Assembly (NCBI RefSeq): GCF_018350175.1
Contig: NC_058368.1
Span: 64,854,001 to 64,918,000 of the forward strand
Length of the DNA stretch: 64,000 nt
Direction: 5' to 3'
From: Felis catus
Lineage: Eukaryota
Below, one piece after another: positions 13,595 through 26,551 of this stretch. The translations under genes were made by a program, and so were the position numbers. The first letter of the stretch is position 1. Each line of letters begins with the position of its first letter. The notes beneath the pieces were generated by a model. That model saw nothing but the letters and a program-made list of their open reading frames with translations. It was not told the DNA's origin and did no database searches.

Positions 13595-14129
13595 TAATAG
13601 CCATTCTGGCAGGTATAAGGTAATATCTCATTGTAGATTTGACTTGCATTTTCATGATAATTAATGATGTTGAACATCTTTTCCTATGCCTGCTAGCCAT
13701 CTTAATGTTTTCTTTGGAAAAAATGTCTATTCAGGTCCTTTGTCCATTTTGTTGTGTTATTTGGGTTTGCTTGAGTTGTAAAGCAGGTAGAATGCATTGG
13801 GGAAAAAATAGTCCAAATACCAAAATAGCCTTCCCCCTTCTCTCAAATATTTATAAATCTATTTCACCTTTAAAATTCAGAGATAGGCATTTTCTCTTTA
13901 CATTATCTATATCAGTTGTATGGGCCTTACTTGTTTTACTACTTTTATATGAGCAATTATGTCTGTTTTTGTGTGTGTGTGTGTGAATATGTGTATGTAT
14001 ATATCCCCTGCTCTAGAATAAGATCCTCAGTGGTAAGAGTCACCTGATTCTTATTTCCATTTCTGCTTAAGATCATTCCTTCTACGCGGTAAGAATTCAA
14101 TACAAGTTTGTTGCATTAATAAGGGCAGA

Positions 14130-14770
14130 CATTTTTAGTGAAAAAAATGCTGAAATAAAATACCGAAAAGGTAGACTTAGGAAAGATTGGAGAGGTTCTT
14201 TAATGTTGGCTGATTTAAGTAGGAAATGGAAGCCTAAACAAGATGTTTGAACTTGAAAGTCACAATCCAAATTGTACTTGAGAGAGATTAATCTAGCATC
14301 ATAGACTTTATTACAGTAGGGAGATTTCAGAACAGGGAGGCAATCTGGGAGATAATTCCAATAGGTAATTCCAACTAGTTAAGAGGTAATGAGTATCTGA
14401 AGTGAAGTGGAACAAATGAAGATGGAAAAGAGAGGACAAAAGGGAAGACTCTTGTTAAGGTATCAGCTATAATATATAGGGGCTTATTTTTTAGGGAACA
14501 TCATAGAAGGTTTAAAAAAGAATGAAGTCATTATCAGAAGGAGGGAAATGTGAAGAGTTCTGGTGAAAGATTGCATTTTGATACTTGACCTGGGGGTGCT
14601 GATGGCCATCCAGGTAAAGATGTTTAAGAAACAGCAGTTATATTTGAATTTAAGGGAAAAGAGCAATGCTAAAGATAGAGATTTTGTATATATCTGCAAA
14701 GAGCTAATGACTAAAGCACTTGTTGATTTTTGTCCTTAAGATGAATAAGAGTGAGGATGTAAAAAATTAC
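14130..14770 (-). mobile_element. L2 fragment
   Basis: Purine-rich degenerate L2 antisense motifs 'gagagattaatctagc', 'gatggccatccaggtaaagatgttta' and 'atagagattttg'. Confidence 0.6.
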
Positions 14771-14947
14771 AACAAGCCAGCTTTTGAATTAGAGCAGGTG
14801 TAATTTGTCAATAAAAATCTGTAACAGGAATGTAAGTAAAAATAAAGAAAATGAGTCAAGTGAATCTGTGGATAAAGTAGTAACATAAATTTGGGTTAAA
14901 TTATAAGTAGTAATGTATTCAAATTATAATTTAAAAACAATAGTCTC

Positions 14948-15181
14948 AGGATGCCTGAATGGCTCAGTCAGTTAAGCGTCCAACTTCGGCTCAGGTCATG
15001 ATCTCATGGTTTGTGAGTTCGAGCCCCGCATTGGGCTCTGTGCTGACAGCTTAGAGCCTGGAGCCTGCTTTGGATTCTGTGTCTCCCTCCCTCCCTCTCT
15101 CTCTCTGCCCCTCCCCTGCTCATGCTCTTTCTCGCTCAAAAATAAACATTAAAAAATTAAAAATAAATAAAAAATAAAAAT
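14948..15181 (+). mobile_element. Can-SINE (SINEC_Fc-type)
   Basis: 'ggctcagtcagttaagcgtccaacttcggctcaggtcatgatctc...tgctgacagcttagagcctggagcctg', A-rich tail. Approximate TSD aaaaa..ta(a)gtctc. Confidence 0.97.
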
Positions 15182-15339
15182 AAGTCTCTACATACAGACA
15201 GAGGTTAATAATACTATGGTAGTAGTCTTTCCCTTGGTTACTATAGAGTTAACCTCCACTTTTTATTTGTTGTACTGTATGATCAGCTAATCATTAATTC
15301 ATATCAGCCAGGATTCACTGTGGTCTTCTTTTGTTCTAA

Positions 15340-16620
15340 GACCTTAAGTTAAAAAGTTTGATAAACTGATTTCTCCCTCTCAAGGAGTTTTTGTCCAGTA
15401 ATCATAGACATACAAGTGATAAAACACAATGACCTGTTTTGCTTATGATGCTAGAAATATCTATATATTCCATTGTGGTGCCAATGAGCCAGTGGTCAGC
15501 TCTCCTTCCAGAGATAAATGGGAGAATTGGGAAGGGAGATGTTAAATGAGTTGTCTAGGGAGAGGGATACATTCCCTCTCTTCTGTTCCCTCCAGGAATG
15601 GGAGAGAATATGAACAGAAAACATGAGAAGGGGTTTTCCAGATGTCATAATACTATAAACAAAAACTCAGGTGCACAATGTAGTGTGACATTAAGTGGAA
15701 CTTCCACCATATTGTGTAAATATAGTACACGTTACTGTGGCACAAGATAAAGCTAGATTGGCTCTCAGGGGCCCTGTAAAGCAAGTTTTTGTGTACCCTG
15801 ATGAGAAGTTGGGATACTGTCCTGCAAGGAGAGAATTTTAAACAGGGAAAAACCCTGATCTAATCTGCACTTTAGAAATGTCTTTGGCCTCAGTGTGGCA
15901 GGTGACACTGTGGGGGAGGAGGATAGAGATCAAAGGGAGGATTCAGCAGGGTATTATAATAACCCAGAAATCCATAGAAGAGATTCAGGTCATCTCTAGA
16001 TTAGCAGCAGTGGGGGTAGAGCAAAGTAGACAGAAATTTTTAAAGTAGCCTCACGAAATTTGGTAATTCTTTAGGTGTAAGGATGTGAGAGAGAAGAGTG
16101 CAATAATGCTGGGCTATCTAGTTTGAAAAACTAGATGAACAGAGGCGACTCCTCTGAGGTAGGGACAGTGATAGCAGACGTGTACCTGAGAGAACAGGTC
16201 ATGAGGTTGCTTTCAAAGGAGGAGCCTAAAGTCTGCATAGTCATTCAAGAAAAGGTGCTTAGTAGACAGGTATTAAATGGCTTTGGAACACAGAGGAGGG
16301 ATCAAGGCTGAAGATTTTTGGAATCACTTATTTGTAAGTAGCATATAAGTCATTAAGAGGAGACAAGATTGACTTTAGGAAGAATGTAGAAATTAAAAGA
16401 CAAAGAATATAGGATAGAACCCTAAAAATACAAATGTTTCAGGAACATCCAGGAGTATCCAAGAAGCTCAAGGAAATGGGATGGCAAGAAAGAGTAGGAT
16501 TCATGAGAATAATGTTCCCAAAATTAAAGATCTAAAGATACTGAGGCAACCAGTTGAAGGAATAACATAATACCAGGTTGAAAAAGAATGTCAGTGAAAC
16601 TCTAGCAGAGGGTGATGGGA
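15340..16620 (-). mobile_element. L2 fragment
   Basis: 'ccctctcaaggagttt...', 'tgatctaatctgcactttagaaa', 'gcagcagtgggggtagag' and 'tcaaggctgaagatttttggaatca'. Confidence 0.65.
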
Positions 16621-18924
16621 GTGAGGATTTATCTAAAGAGAATAAGCCTAATTCAGACTGCAGCAAATCTCTGGGCTGGAAAAAAAATTAAATAAAGTAA
16701 CAATTTATGTGTGCACACACACACAGACATATAGATAGCCATGTCAGAATGTATGCACGTGTTCATGTTTTGTAACTGTGTTTACCACTTCTCCCCATTG
16801 TGTTGCAAGTTAGCCGAGGAGGCTTGCCTTGCCTATTCCTTGTTGTATCATGTGGTTCATAATAAATTGTCATAACTATATAATGCTGAAAACATTACTA
16901 AGAATACAGAGATATTGAGGATGCTATATTTATGAAAATACCAAATTTAATTCTCTGGTCACTTGGCATTCATTTTGAAATTTTAGTCCATGATATTGAA
17001 CAGCATCTCATATTACAATGACCCTATTTATATGGGAAAGGTGCCCAAAGCAAAACAGGACTTTGTTAATCCAGCCTAGACACACTGCAAGTCTTTTGAC
17101 TGAAGTCTTCTGAGTGGTGATTTATGCTTTGAGACACCAGTAGCGAGAACCACAAACTCTTCACATTTTAGCATCTTTGACATTTCCACACTCTGGGTGC
17201 ATTTCTATAACATACCTGGGACCTTTGAAAATGTTAAGTCACATTAAAATGATATTTTGAAGTCCAGTTCTCTGGGATCAGTGATGCAGAAGGTCTCTTG
17301 GTAAAGCTTAGGTCTGAAATAACTGTGTGTTTCTTTTCTTCATAATTTGGACTCATATGGTTTATAGAGATTTGGCATGGTCTTGAAAACTTCCCTCCAG
17401 CCAGCTTGCCACTCCAGATGGCATTGCCTTTCTGAACAAGCTGAATCCTCTGGTCATGAAGGTAAAATAGCATTTATTTATAAGTCCTTGGCTAGTCTTG
17501 CTTACCACTATTATTCACTTCATTGATCGTGAATATATAGTTCTTAACTCTTGATATTCCTGACTGGTGGTAAGAATTCTTAAAACTTACTAGGCTGATC
17601 AACAAATAAAAACCAATAGTTAAATCTTTCACAGGCATGCTAGTTAACTTATATACATGGATTATGAAAATGTCAAGTTAACATAAAGATTACTTTTAAG
17701 CAACTTATACTCTAAGCCGTTGTTTGAATTATTTAAAAATATGATTCTTTTTAAAATTGACATCTTTTCATAAATTTAAGCTTGTTTATGTATTAAAGAA
17801 TTCTAAAAACATTCTCTTACTGAGGAACACAATTGGAGCTTTAGAAAAACACACCTTATTTAATCTATTAGTTACATTTAATAATCAGGTGGGTTTTTTT
17901 TTTTGTTTTTTGTTTTTGTTTTTTGTTTTTGCATTCTGAGTTCCAAGATACTTACTTTAGCTGTCATTAGTTCAACAATACAAATATTGGTACGCAATCT
18001 GTCACCTAATTGTTTCTTCAAAATGGAGTATTGGCTCAGCACACACCTAACTTTATGATTCTGAAAGATTGAACCATGATAAATATAATGGCTGTGTAAG
18101 AGTTATTTAACAGGGATGCATCAATTTTTGTTTGAAGTTTTAAATATTTAGTGCTATGTGTATTTGGATTTTCTGTAAAACCAACTAACTTCTAAATAAA
18201 TATTTTGCTCACTACAATTTCATGTCAGAGTTTCAAGTAATAAATGCAAAGTAAGTTTTTATAAACTTAGAGAACAATATTTTTATCACCACCTACATTT
18301 AATTTTCAGTTGGATTTTCTTCTAATTCTCCCACCAAATAATCATTTACATGATGCATCTTCCCAGTAGTTCATTTGCAGTCACCTCTAAAGGCAGAGAA
18401 ATTCATAGGTTTCTCCATCTGCCTTCTGTTTATGTGAGCTAGTTTAAATACCCAAATTGTCTGTCAAAGAGGCAAGTCACATTTTGAACTTATTCTGAGA
18501 GTAACACGATATTGTTTAATTACTCAATATGGATGACTCAATAATTACTCTAACAGTAGATTTTAAGAGAATGCTAGATATCTTGATGAAGGTAACATTC
18601 CACTTAAACAAAAATACTTATCTCATAACTTTATTAATATGATATCTCAAACATCTCACAAATAATAGGATTTGGCTCCTTGAGTCAGTGACATATATAT
18701 GAATGTTCATCAGCAGCACATCCATTTTTAGTATTTTGGTAATCTGGCCTAATAGAGTTATTTGTACTCTATCTGTAAGAGGCAAATTATAATTTCCCTG
18801 TTTTGTGGATAAGCCAATAGTATTAGAGAACTTAAACCATTGCATTTGCTTAATCCCAGTGGTATTCTCTTGGATTATACCTTTCAGCCAGAGAAAAGAG
18901 AAATTAAAAAAAAAAAAAAAAGTA

Positions 18925-19130
18925 GGGACACCTGGGCGGCTCAGTCAGTTAAGTGTCTGACTTCAGCTCAAGTCATTATCTCACGTTTCATGAGTTTGAG
19001 CCCCGACATGGGCTCTGGGCTGACAGCTCAGAGCCTGAAGCCTGCTTCGGATTCTCCGTCTCCCTCTCTCTCCGCCCCGTCTTTCTCTCTTTCAAAAATA
19101 AATAAACATTAAAAGTTTTTTTTTCATAAG
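18925..19130 (+). mobile_element. Can-SINE (SINEC_Fc-type)
   Basis: GGGACACCTGGGCGGCTCAGTCAGTTAAG... with TSD aaaaaagtagg at 18916-18926 and 19131-19141. Confidence 0.96.
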
Positions 19131-19978
19131 AAAAAAGTAGGAATTAAATACAAATGCATAATAGTTTGCTTCAAACTATGAGTGGTTTTATATTTAGTTT
19201 TGTGTTAAAAGAGATACAGAAGTCACTTCTGTTTTAAAGGGAGCTGTGGGAAATAATATGCAGGTCACTGTGGTGTATACACTGACCTCCTCCTTTCTCC
19301 TTCAGTAAATGAGTCTGAACACTGGTTATGGATTATATTGATCATATATTAAAATGACAAATGGCCTTCACATTAGCTTGCACACAAGTCTCTTAACAGA
19401 ACCTATTGCAACTTGTCAGATGCAATTTAAGAATTGAACTAGACATTGATGGACAAGACCTTCCACTGACCACTGAAAACATGTAGATTCTCTTGATTAA
19501 ATTGATGCTTCTGACTTTAATGAGCTACTATTGATTGGGTGTTTACTGCTACAATGTATTATTATATTGCCACTCACAGTGCCATAGTTAAGAGGTTGTA
19601 AGCATTTCTGTTATAAATCCTTTTTTTGAAAGCTTGTAGTTCAACCATGAAAATAGCTAGTGATATGATACATAACAGAGTCACTTTGATTGCAAATTAG
19701 TTTCCACAATTAATATATATGTATATATATTTAGTAACTTCAATTTTATTTGACTAACCAGTAAAATGAAGGCCTGAACTAGTCTGTGAATTGTATGAAT
19801 ATGTAATAAAGAGTTCTTCTTGTTGAAGAGATTTAATATGATATGCTTACTGAACTACCTCATAAGACCACAAAAAACAGTTCTAAAAGGGGTAAATGGA
19901 AAATGACATTTTGCCAGTTTCTCCTTGAATTTAAATCATGGACTGTGAACTTAGTCCTTAAACTGGTTTGATGTACCC

Positions 19979-20040
19979 CATTATTATTAAAATGATAACA
20001 ATATAAGACATTATTATTAAAATGATAACAATATAAGACA
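19979..20040. repeat. Perfect 30-bp tandem duplication
   Basis: ttattattaaaatgataacaatataagaca twice (19981-20010 and 20011-20040), preceded by 'ca'. Confidence 0.97.
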
Positions 20041-20509
20041 AGGATTATTCTGAACTGAAAAGCTAAAGGAGTTGGCATCTGTCATTTTATTGTAAGTAAT
20101 TCCTTGGAACCCTGAAAACATTAAAATTAGTCAAGTATTTTTATTTAAATCATAAAGAGCTGATTTGGGAGCACATTCTAATTTAAAGAGGGTATTTCTG
20201 TCTTTATTTTTTTTGACAGAAATACCCTTTTTCCAGACCATTACATTTACAAATGTGATACTATTTTCAGCACCTCGAACATTTTTTCCTACTCTTTGGA
20301 GTAGGCATTTAAATGTTTGCTGGATGATTTGGTGAATGGATGAATGACTGAAAGTTACAGGAATCTCTTTTTCATCTCTCTAGATCTCATGAAATTCTGA
20401 ATATTACTTTGTCAGAAGAGTATCACTTTCTTTCTTTACTTTAAAATTCCAGTTCTTTATTCACCTTTCAGAATTAAAAGGGAAAAAAGACAGCTTTTAA
20501 GACACTTAC

Positions 20510-20690
20510 ATCATTGATGGTAGGCACTGGTTCAGACACATTTTGAAGGTTCCTGCCCGGGAAGGATACACCAATACACTCTGGAACTGCTCTTATATAC
20601 TAAGAGAGTTCAGTGTGTCCATTAGATTATTAAGTATCACCGTGAAACCCCAAACAACAGCACAGCTTCTCTGCACTGGAATAATAAAAT
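20510..20690 (-). other. Candidate exon (non-coding as 181 nt, or a 90-nt open sub-exon at 20510-20599)
   Basis: Minus-strand acceptor ctctcccttttgtttAG and donor GAT|GTAAGT flank unique, non-repeat sequence. There is no expression evidence. Confidence 0.3.
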
Positions 20691-21111
20691 CTAAACAAAA
20701 GGGAGAGTTTGCTTAATGCCCTAAAAGATGTATTTTAGATATTAAGTGTTTTAGATATTAAGATATTTAGATATTAAGTAATTAAGTACTATCGGGCCAT
20801 TTATCATATATTATATAATGTCTTACATCGTTGCTAGATATTGCTCATCTAGGTGGCAGTTTTGTAAACCACATCATATTAATATCTACCAAATTGCTCT
20901 TATATACGTAAGACACTTCTATTTTTTGAGAAAACAATGCATGCTATTTCATGTTTCACAATATATATAAAGTCAGCATTTTACTGACACTATTCTGTTC
21001 GGTTTTGATGGAATTAAGTGACGACTTCATTTCAGTGTAACTGTGAAGTGCAGTACTCCAGACACAAAGTTATTGGTTGATTCTGACGGAAGTTTTAATA
21101 CTTTTAATGCT

Positions 21112-21270
21112 TTATATAATATATATATATATTAATGCTTTATATATATATATATAAGCCTTATTCAACTATATTATAAACTATTATATATAAAGTATAT
21201 ATAAATTATTATAAACTATTTTTTAAAGTGTATATATATAGATATATGTATATATCTATATATATATATA
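21112..21270. repeat. AT-rich low-complexity / (TA)n cluster
   Basis: Several (TA)n runs and repeated 'ttaatgctttatata' and 'attataaactatt'. Confidence 0.85.
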
Positions 21271-23018
21271 AGCTCCCAATGACTGATTTACATGGTTTCT
21301 AATAGAATCTTTCAATTAACATTTGCTATAGCTTTAGTTTGATGAAATGCAGGATGTGCATGGGTAGAGAGTATAGCAATATGTAATTATGCTGAATGAC
21401 ATCTACCACTCAAAGAACTACTAGTTCGTACACTTCAAAAAAGAGAGAAACACATTCAGGAAATTCAACGTACTTTTCTGGCTATATAATGAGTGAAAGA
21501 GTATTGGAGAAAAAAATAGAGGGCCAGATTCTCTGTGCACTAAAATCAATGGGAGTTTTATAGAAGTGTCTGAGCCAGATTATTTCTTTCCCAGCCAAAG
21601 TGTAGTTCACTGAGCTATGCAGCTTTATAATCGCCACAAGTATTAAAGCTGGACTGAATTATTTTTTTCAGTTTTATCCACAAACACAAAAGATAGGCTG
21701 AGCTAGAATAATCTTAATGGGGCATTTGAATGAACATCCTTGTAATGATCTCTTTAATTTCCAAATAACATTTAGAAAAGTTTTTAAGTTTTCTCCTGCA
21801 CAAGGTAAGAAGTATTAAAAGGAAAAGACCTATTAATGCTAACTCCTAAAATTTTTCCTCAGGAAAAAAAAAATGTTTTCTGTCAATAATTTTCTAGACA
21901 ATGTGAAAATGGACTAGTTCTCCAACCTATGATAATACTCTATAGACAAATGCATTTTCTTTTGCTTTATCTTTCTGAATAGTTTTATGTCAAGCTTATT
22001 GTGTATTAGTAAATTCTATCATTTTCATTTCAGTTTTCCTTTCTTGGGTTAAATCTCCTTGGAACAGTGTGTCAAGTTTGGGGTGGGGGGTAGGGTAATG
22101 CCAGAAGATGGAAAAAATGAGATGAAAAGCAGGGCAGGGCAAGTGGACAATGAGAGGACATTAACTCTCAAGTAATGGAATAAGAAAGAAACACGTGCAG
22201 ACCATGTACAGTTGTACAACTGTCAGCTTCTAGTATCCATGAAAGGAAATTGTCTTAATTCACTGTTGTCTGTGAACTCTCTTAGAACTGTCTTAGAACT
22301 CTCAACTACTTAATCAGTGTTCCACTCCTGGTACTTAAACGATTTTCTATGCTTATGGTAATCACTCAGGCTCAGATTTTGACCCTTAGTTCCAAAGAGG
22401 GCTAATTCTTGAATTCAGCTCATTCTGAATTAAGCACAAACTTTGAAACAATGGAAAGGCTGTAGGTCTGTGTGGAGTGTCATGTTATTGCACCTTCCCT
22501 CTCAGAGATCTGAGCCATTAGCTACCCCATCATCTCTCTGTTTATAGTCAAGGATAATGTGTATATTACTGACCTTCAACAATGCTATGTCCACAACACT
22601 CCCACACTAGAAGCATTTCTATAGAAACAAAAAAGAATGAGAAAAATATTTATCATTTATATTGTTCTAGGATTTTTCTTTTCATAACTTGCTTAAAATA
22701 GACACGCTTGTAGTATAGGAAACAGCTCCTCTAAGGTATAATGAGGCACAAAGTGTACTGTTTATGAAAAATGATACATATAAACCTTTTGCTAAACCAT
22801 AATACAATTCATCCTTTATTAGAAGAGCACACTAAGATATAAACATTTCCTTCCTACTAGGAGCTAACTCTTATCAGACTAATCTAGAAACAGCAAACTG
22901 TTTCCTAAATGTGTCAGCATGTGTGGAGATATTTGAAAAGGTGTCCATATAAGAACAATTTGGGGGAAAATCTTTGGTCATCCACAACCTCATTTTTTAA
23001 TGAAATGAAATACACAAC

Positions 23019-26000
23019 GAGGAGTTAAGATAGTGAAGGATTGTGGAAACCTTAAGCTTGCCTCACCCCTCAAACACAGCTAGATAAATATCAAATCATT
23101 TTGAACACCCAAGAAATTGATCTGAGAACCAAGATAGCAAAACTGCACAACTAGAGGTAGAAAACTGGCCACATCATGGAAGATGCGAGCTGCAGAACTT
23201 GGTTTGGGGAAGAAAAGAACTGCAGGTGCTATGAAGGGGAGCGAGCCTTGATCACAGAGATGACAGAGCGGCGAGCGAACGAGCACACACAGGGGATGGC
23301 ACAAGAAAAACTTCCCCTAAACTAATGACTGGGAAAAGGAGAGAGGCTCACTACCGCAAGTTTTCATAAGCAGCAGAGCACAAAGTCTGAAGTTTTAGAG
23401 GTCCTCACCCTCTCCAGGATTGTGCCTGGTGGGTTGGGCAGTGCTCCGGTGAGGAAGGAGGGCAGAGACCTGGGAGTGGGCGGTGTGGTCTGAGGATCCC
23501 ATGGGTCTCAGGGGGAAATACAATTACCCTGTTTGGTGTGCATTTGGGGGTGGCAGCGTGGAGCTGCAGGGACGAAAAGAACTGGAAGTGACAATGTGCT
23601 GCCTTATTTCCTAGCATAGAAACAAAGATACCAGCCAAGGTCAGCAAACCTTGGTGCCAGCTTTTTGCTACGATTTACCATAAACTGCAGATCACTGTGA
23701 GGTGGTGCAACTGATTTCTGGGACAAACCAGCACTGGCCACAGGACAGCAAGACCTTCCCCTAAAGGAACAGCGTGGGTCCATGCCACATAAATGTCTAA
23801 AACTTGGAGTTTTGAACCCCAGCCATGTGTCTGAGTTAAAATACAGGAGTACTGTGTCACCTGGCAGGTGGACAGCTCAGACGCAGGTAAGGTGAAGGTA
23901 GGATCTGGCAGAAGCCAGGGACACATGAGGTGATTGTTTGCTCTTCTGTGAGGGCTTGCTGAAGGGTTGTGGGCTCTATCTCCCTATTCCAGGGAGGGGA
24001 GAGTAGGTCAACAGCATTCCCTCCTAAGCCCCCACTGCCTGTCAGCAATGACTGACTTCAGTGAGCAAACCAGTGCCACCCTGTGGAGGCCAGAACTGCT
24101 ACCATGAAGCCCCATCCCCCCTGCACCCAGCAGGTGCACCTCTACTAGTGTAAGTCTGCCTGAGAATCAGTGCAGCAGGCTCCACCCCCAGAAGACCAGC
24201 AAAAAATACTCACGTGCACCAAGTCCAGTGATCATAAAGTGCTGTAAAGCTTCAGCTCTAGGGGACATAGGGTAGTATCTAGCTTTTTTTCTTTTTCTTT
24301 TACCTCTTCTTAATGTATGCATTACTCTCAGGAGCGGGAATAAAACAGGTTTTTCTGACAGTCACATACACAGAAACAGTGACTTCTACAAAATGACAAG
24401 ACAGAGAAAATCATCCCAAAAGAAAGAACAGGAAGAAGTCATGGGTAGGGATTTAATCAATACAGATACAAGTAAGACATCTGAATCAAAATTTTAAAAA
24501 AATAATCATAAGGATACTACCTGGGCTTGAGAAAAGCATAGAAGACACTAGAGAATCCCTTACTGCAGAAATAAAAGAACTAAAAACTAGTCAGACTGAA
24601 ATAAAAATGCTATAACCGAGATGCAAAACTGAATTGATGTAATGACCATGAGGATGGATGAATCAGAGGAACCATTGATATAGAAGATAAAATTATGGAA
24701 AATAATGAAGCTGAAAAAATAAGGAAAGAAAGGTATTGGATCTACAAATGTAGATTTAGGTAACTCAGTGACTCCTTGGAGGGTAATAACATTTGTATCA
24801 TAGAAGTCTCAGAAGATGCAGAGGAAGAAAGGAGCAGAAGATTTATTTGAACAAATTATAGCTGAAAACTTCCCTAATTTGAGAAAGGAAACAGACATTG
24901 AAATCTAAGAAACATAGAGAACCCCCATTAAATTCAATAAAAATCAGCCATCACCAAGACATATCATAGCCAAATTCACAAAATATACAGACACATAAAA
25001 TACGCAGAAGGAATCCTGAAGGCAACAAGGGGAAAAAATTCCTTAACCTACACAGGAAGACAAATCATATAGACAGCGGATTTGTGCACAGAAACAAAGC
25101 AAGCCAAAAGGGAGTGGCAGGATATATTCAAGGTGCTGAATGGAAAAACTAGGCAGCTCAGATTACTTTATCCAGCAAAGCTGTCATTCAGAATAGGAGG
25201 AGAGATAAAGACTAAACTGAAACTAAACAAAAACTAAAGGAGTTGGTGACCACTAAAGCCCTGCAAGAAGTACTAAAGGGGACTCTTTGGAGAAAAGAAG
25301 ACCAAAAACAACAAAGACTAAAAAGGAGCAGAGAACATCACCAGAAACACCAACTATATAGGTAACACAATGGCACTAAATTCATACCTTTAAATAATTG
25401 CTCTCAATGTAAAAGGACTAAACTCTCCAATCAAAAGACATAGGGTCTCATATGGATAAAAAAATAAGACCCATCTATATGCTGTCTGCAAGAAACTCAT
25501 GCTAGACTTCCAGATACATGCAGATTGTGAGGGGATGAAGAACTGTCTATTGTGCTAATGGACGCCTAAAGAGAGCCAGAGTAGCCATACTCATATTCAT
25601 ATTCATACTTATACTCGTATATATTAGACAAATTGGATTTCAAATAAAAGACTATAATAAGAGATGAAAAGGGGCATTATATCACGATTAAGTGTTCTAT
25701 CCGTCAAGAATATCTAACAATTATAAATATTTATGCCCCCCCCAATGTGAAAATACCCCAAAATATAAATCAGTGACAAACTCATTGATAGTAATATAGT
25801 ATTAGTAGGGGACAACACACACACACAAACACACATACACACACTGGAATATTATTCAGCCATCAAAAAGAATGAAATCTTGCCATTTACATTGATGTGG
25901 ATGGAGCTAGACTACATTATGTTAAGCAAAATAAGTCAGTCATTGAAAGACAAATACTATATGATTTCACTTGTATATGTAATTTAGGAAACAAAACATG

Positions 26001-26262
26001 AACATATGGAAAGGAAAAGAGGAAAGGAAAAGAGAGAGACAGGGAAGCAAACCATGAGGAACTCTTAACCATAGAGAACAAATGATTGATGGAGGGAAGT
26101 TGGTTGGGGAGAGGCTAAACGGATGAGGGGTATTAAGGAAGGCACTTGTTAGGATGAGTACTCAGTGTTTTATGTAAGTGATGAATCACTAAATACTCCT
26201 GAAACCAATATTACACTATCTGTTAACTAACTAGAATTTAAATACAATTTGGAAAAAAATAA
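23019..26262 (+). mobile_element. LINE-1 with 5'UTR, ORF1, endonuclease and 3'UTR but lacking most of ORF2 (internal deletion near 25813-25820)
   Basis: 5'UTR from 'gaggagttaagat'; ORF1 ATG at 24393 (atgacaagacagagaaaatca); ORF2 ATG at 25370; EN sequence to 'gtaggggac'; then a CA tract, ORF2 C-terminus 'tggaatattattcagccatcaaaaagaatgaa', 3'UTR and A tail. Confidence 0.95.
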
Positions 26263-26551
26263 AATGAAACTCAAAGGAATGCTAGAAGTTTACCTTCCAA
26301 AGTCATAAAAATGTTATTTTGTTCTTAGTTTCCCCAGTTACAGAATTTGGAATTAAAAGTGAACTTTAATTTATAGATAAGAAAACTTGGAGTGGTGCAG
26401 TCTAACAAAAACAGGAAAAATTCTATAGCTAAAAAGAGACACTAAAGGTAATTAACAGCTGCTGATTTATATATAAAATAACTTTCTGCACTGAGAAGAG
26501 TCTTGGTCCTTCTAATGTACATTGTAGAAGTGAAAAGGAAATCCTGTAGGA

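Larger units (their letters stand above)
12535..13752 (-). mobile_element. Composite of old L1M (L1MA/MB-like) 3' fragments
   Basis: 'ttttattgtggtaaaa...ttgtgcaaccatca...aactgaaactctgtatccatt...cccagcccctggtaac'; ORF2 C-terminal-like peptide MDEPQNMLSKISQTQKGKYYMISL; 'gatgttgaacatcttttc'. Confidence 0.85.

Noticed and set aside
19981..20040. 30-bp direct repeats (and the 36-bp repeats at 48164) as a CRISPR array
   Set aside because: Only two adjacent copies, no spacers, no cas genes, and mammalian context.
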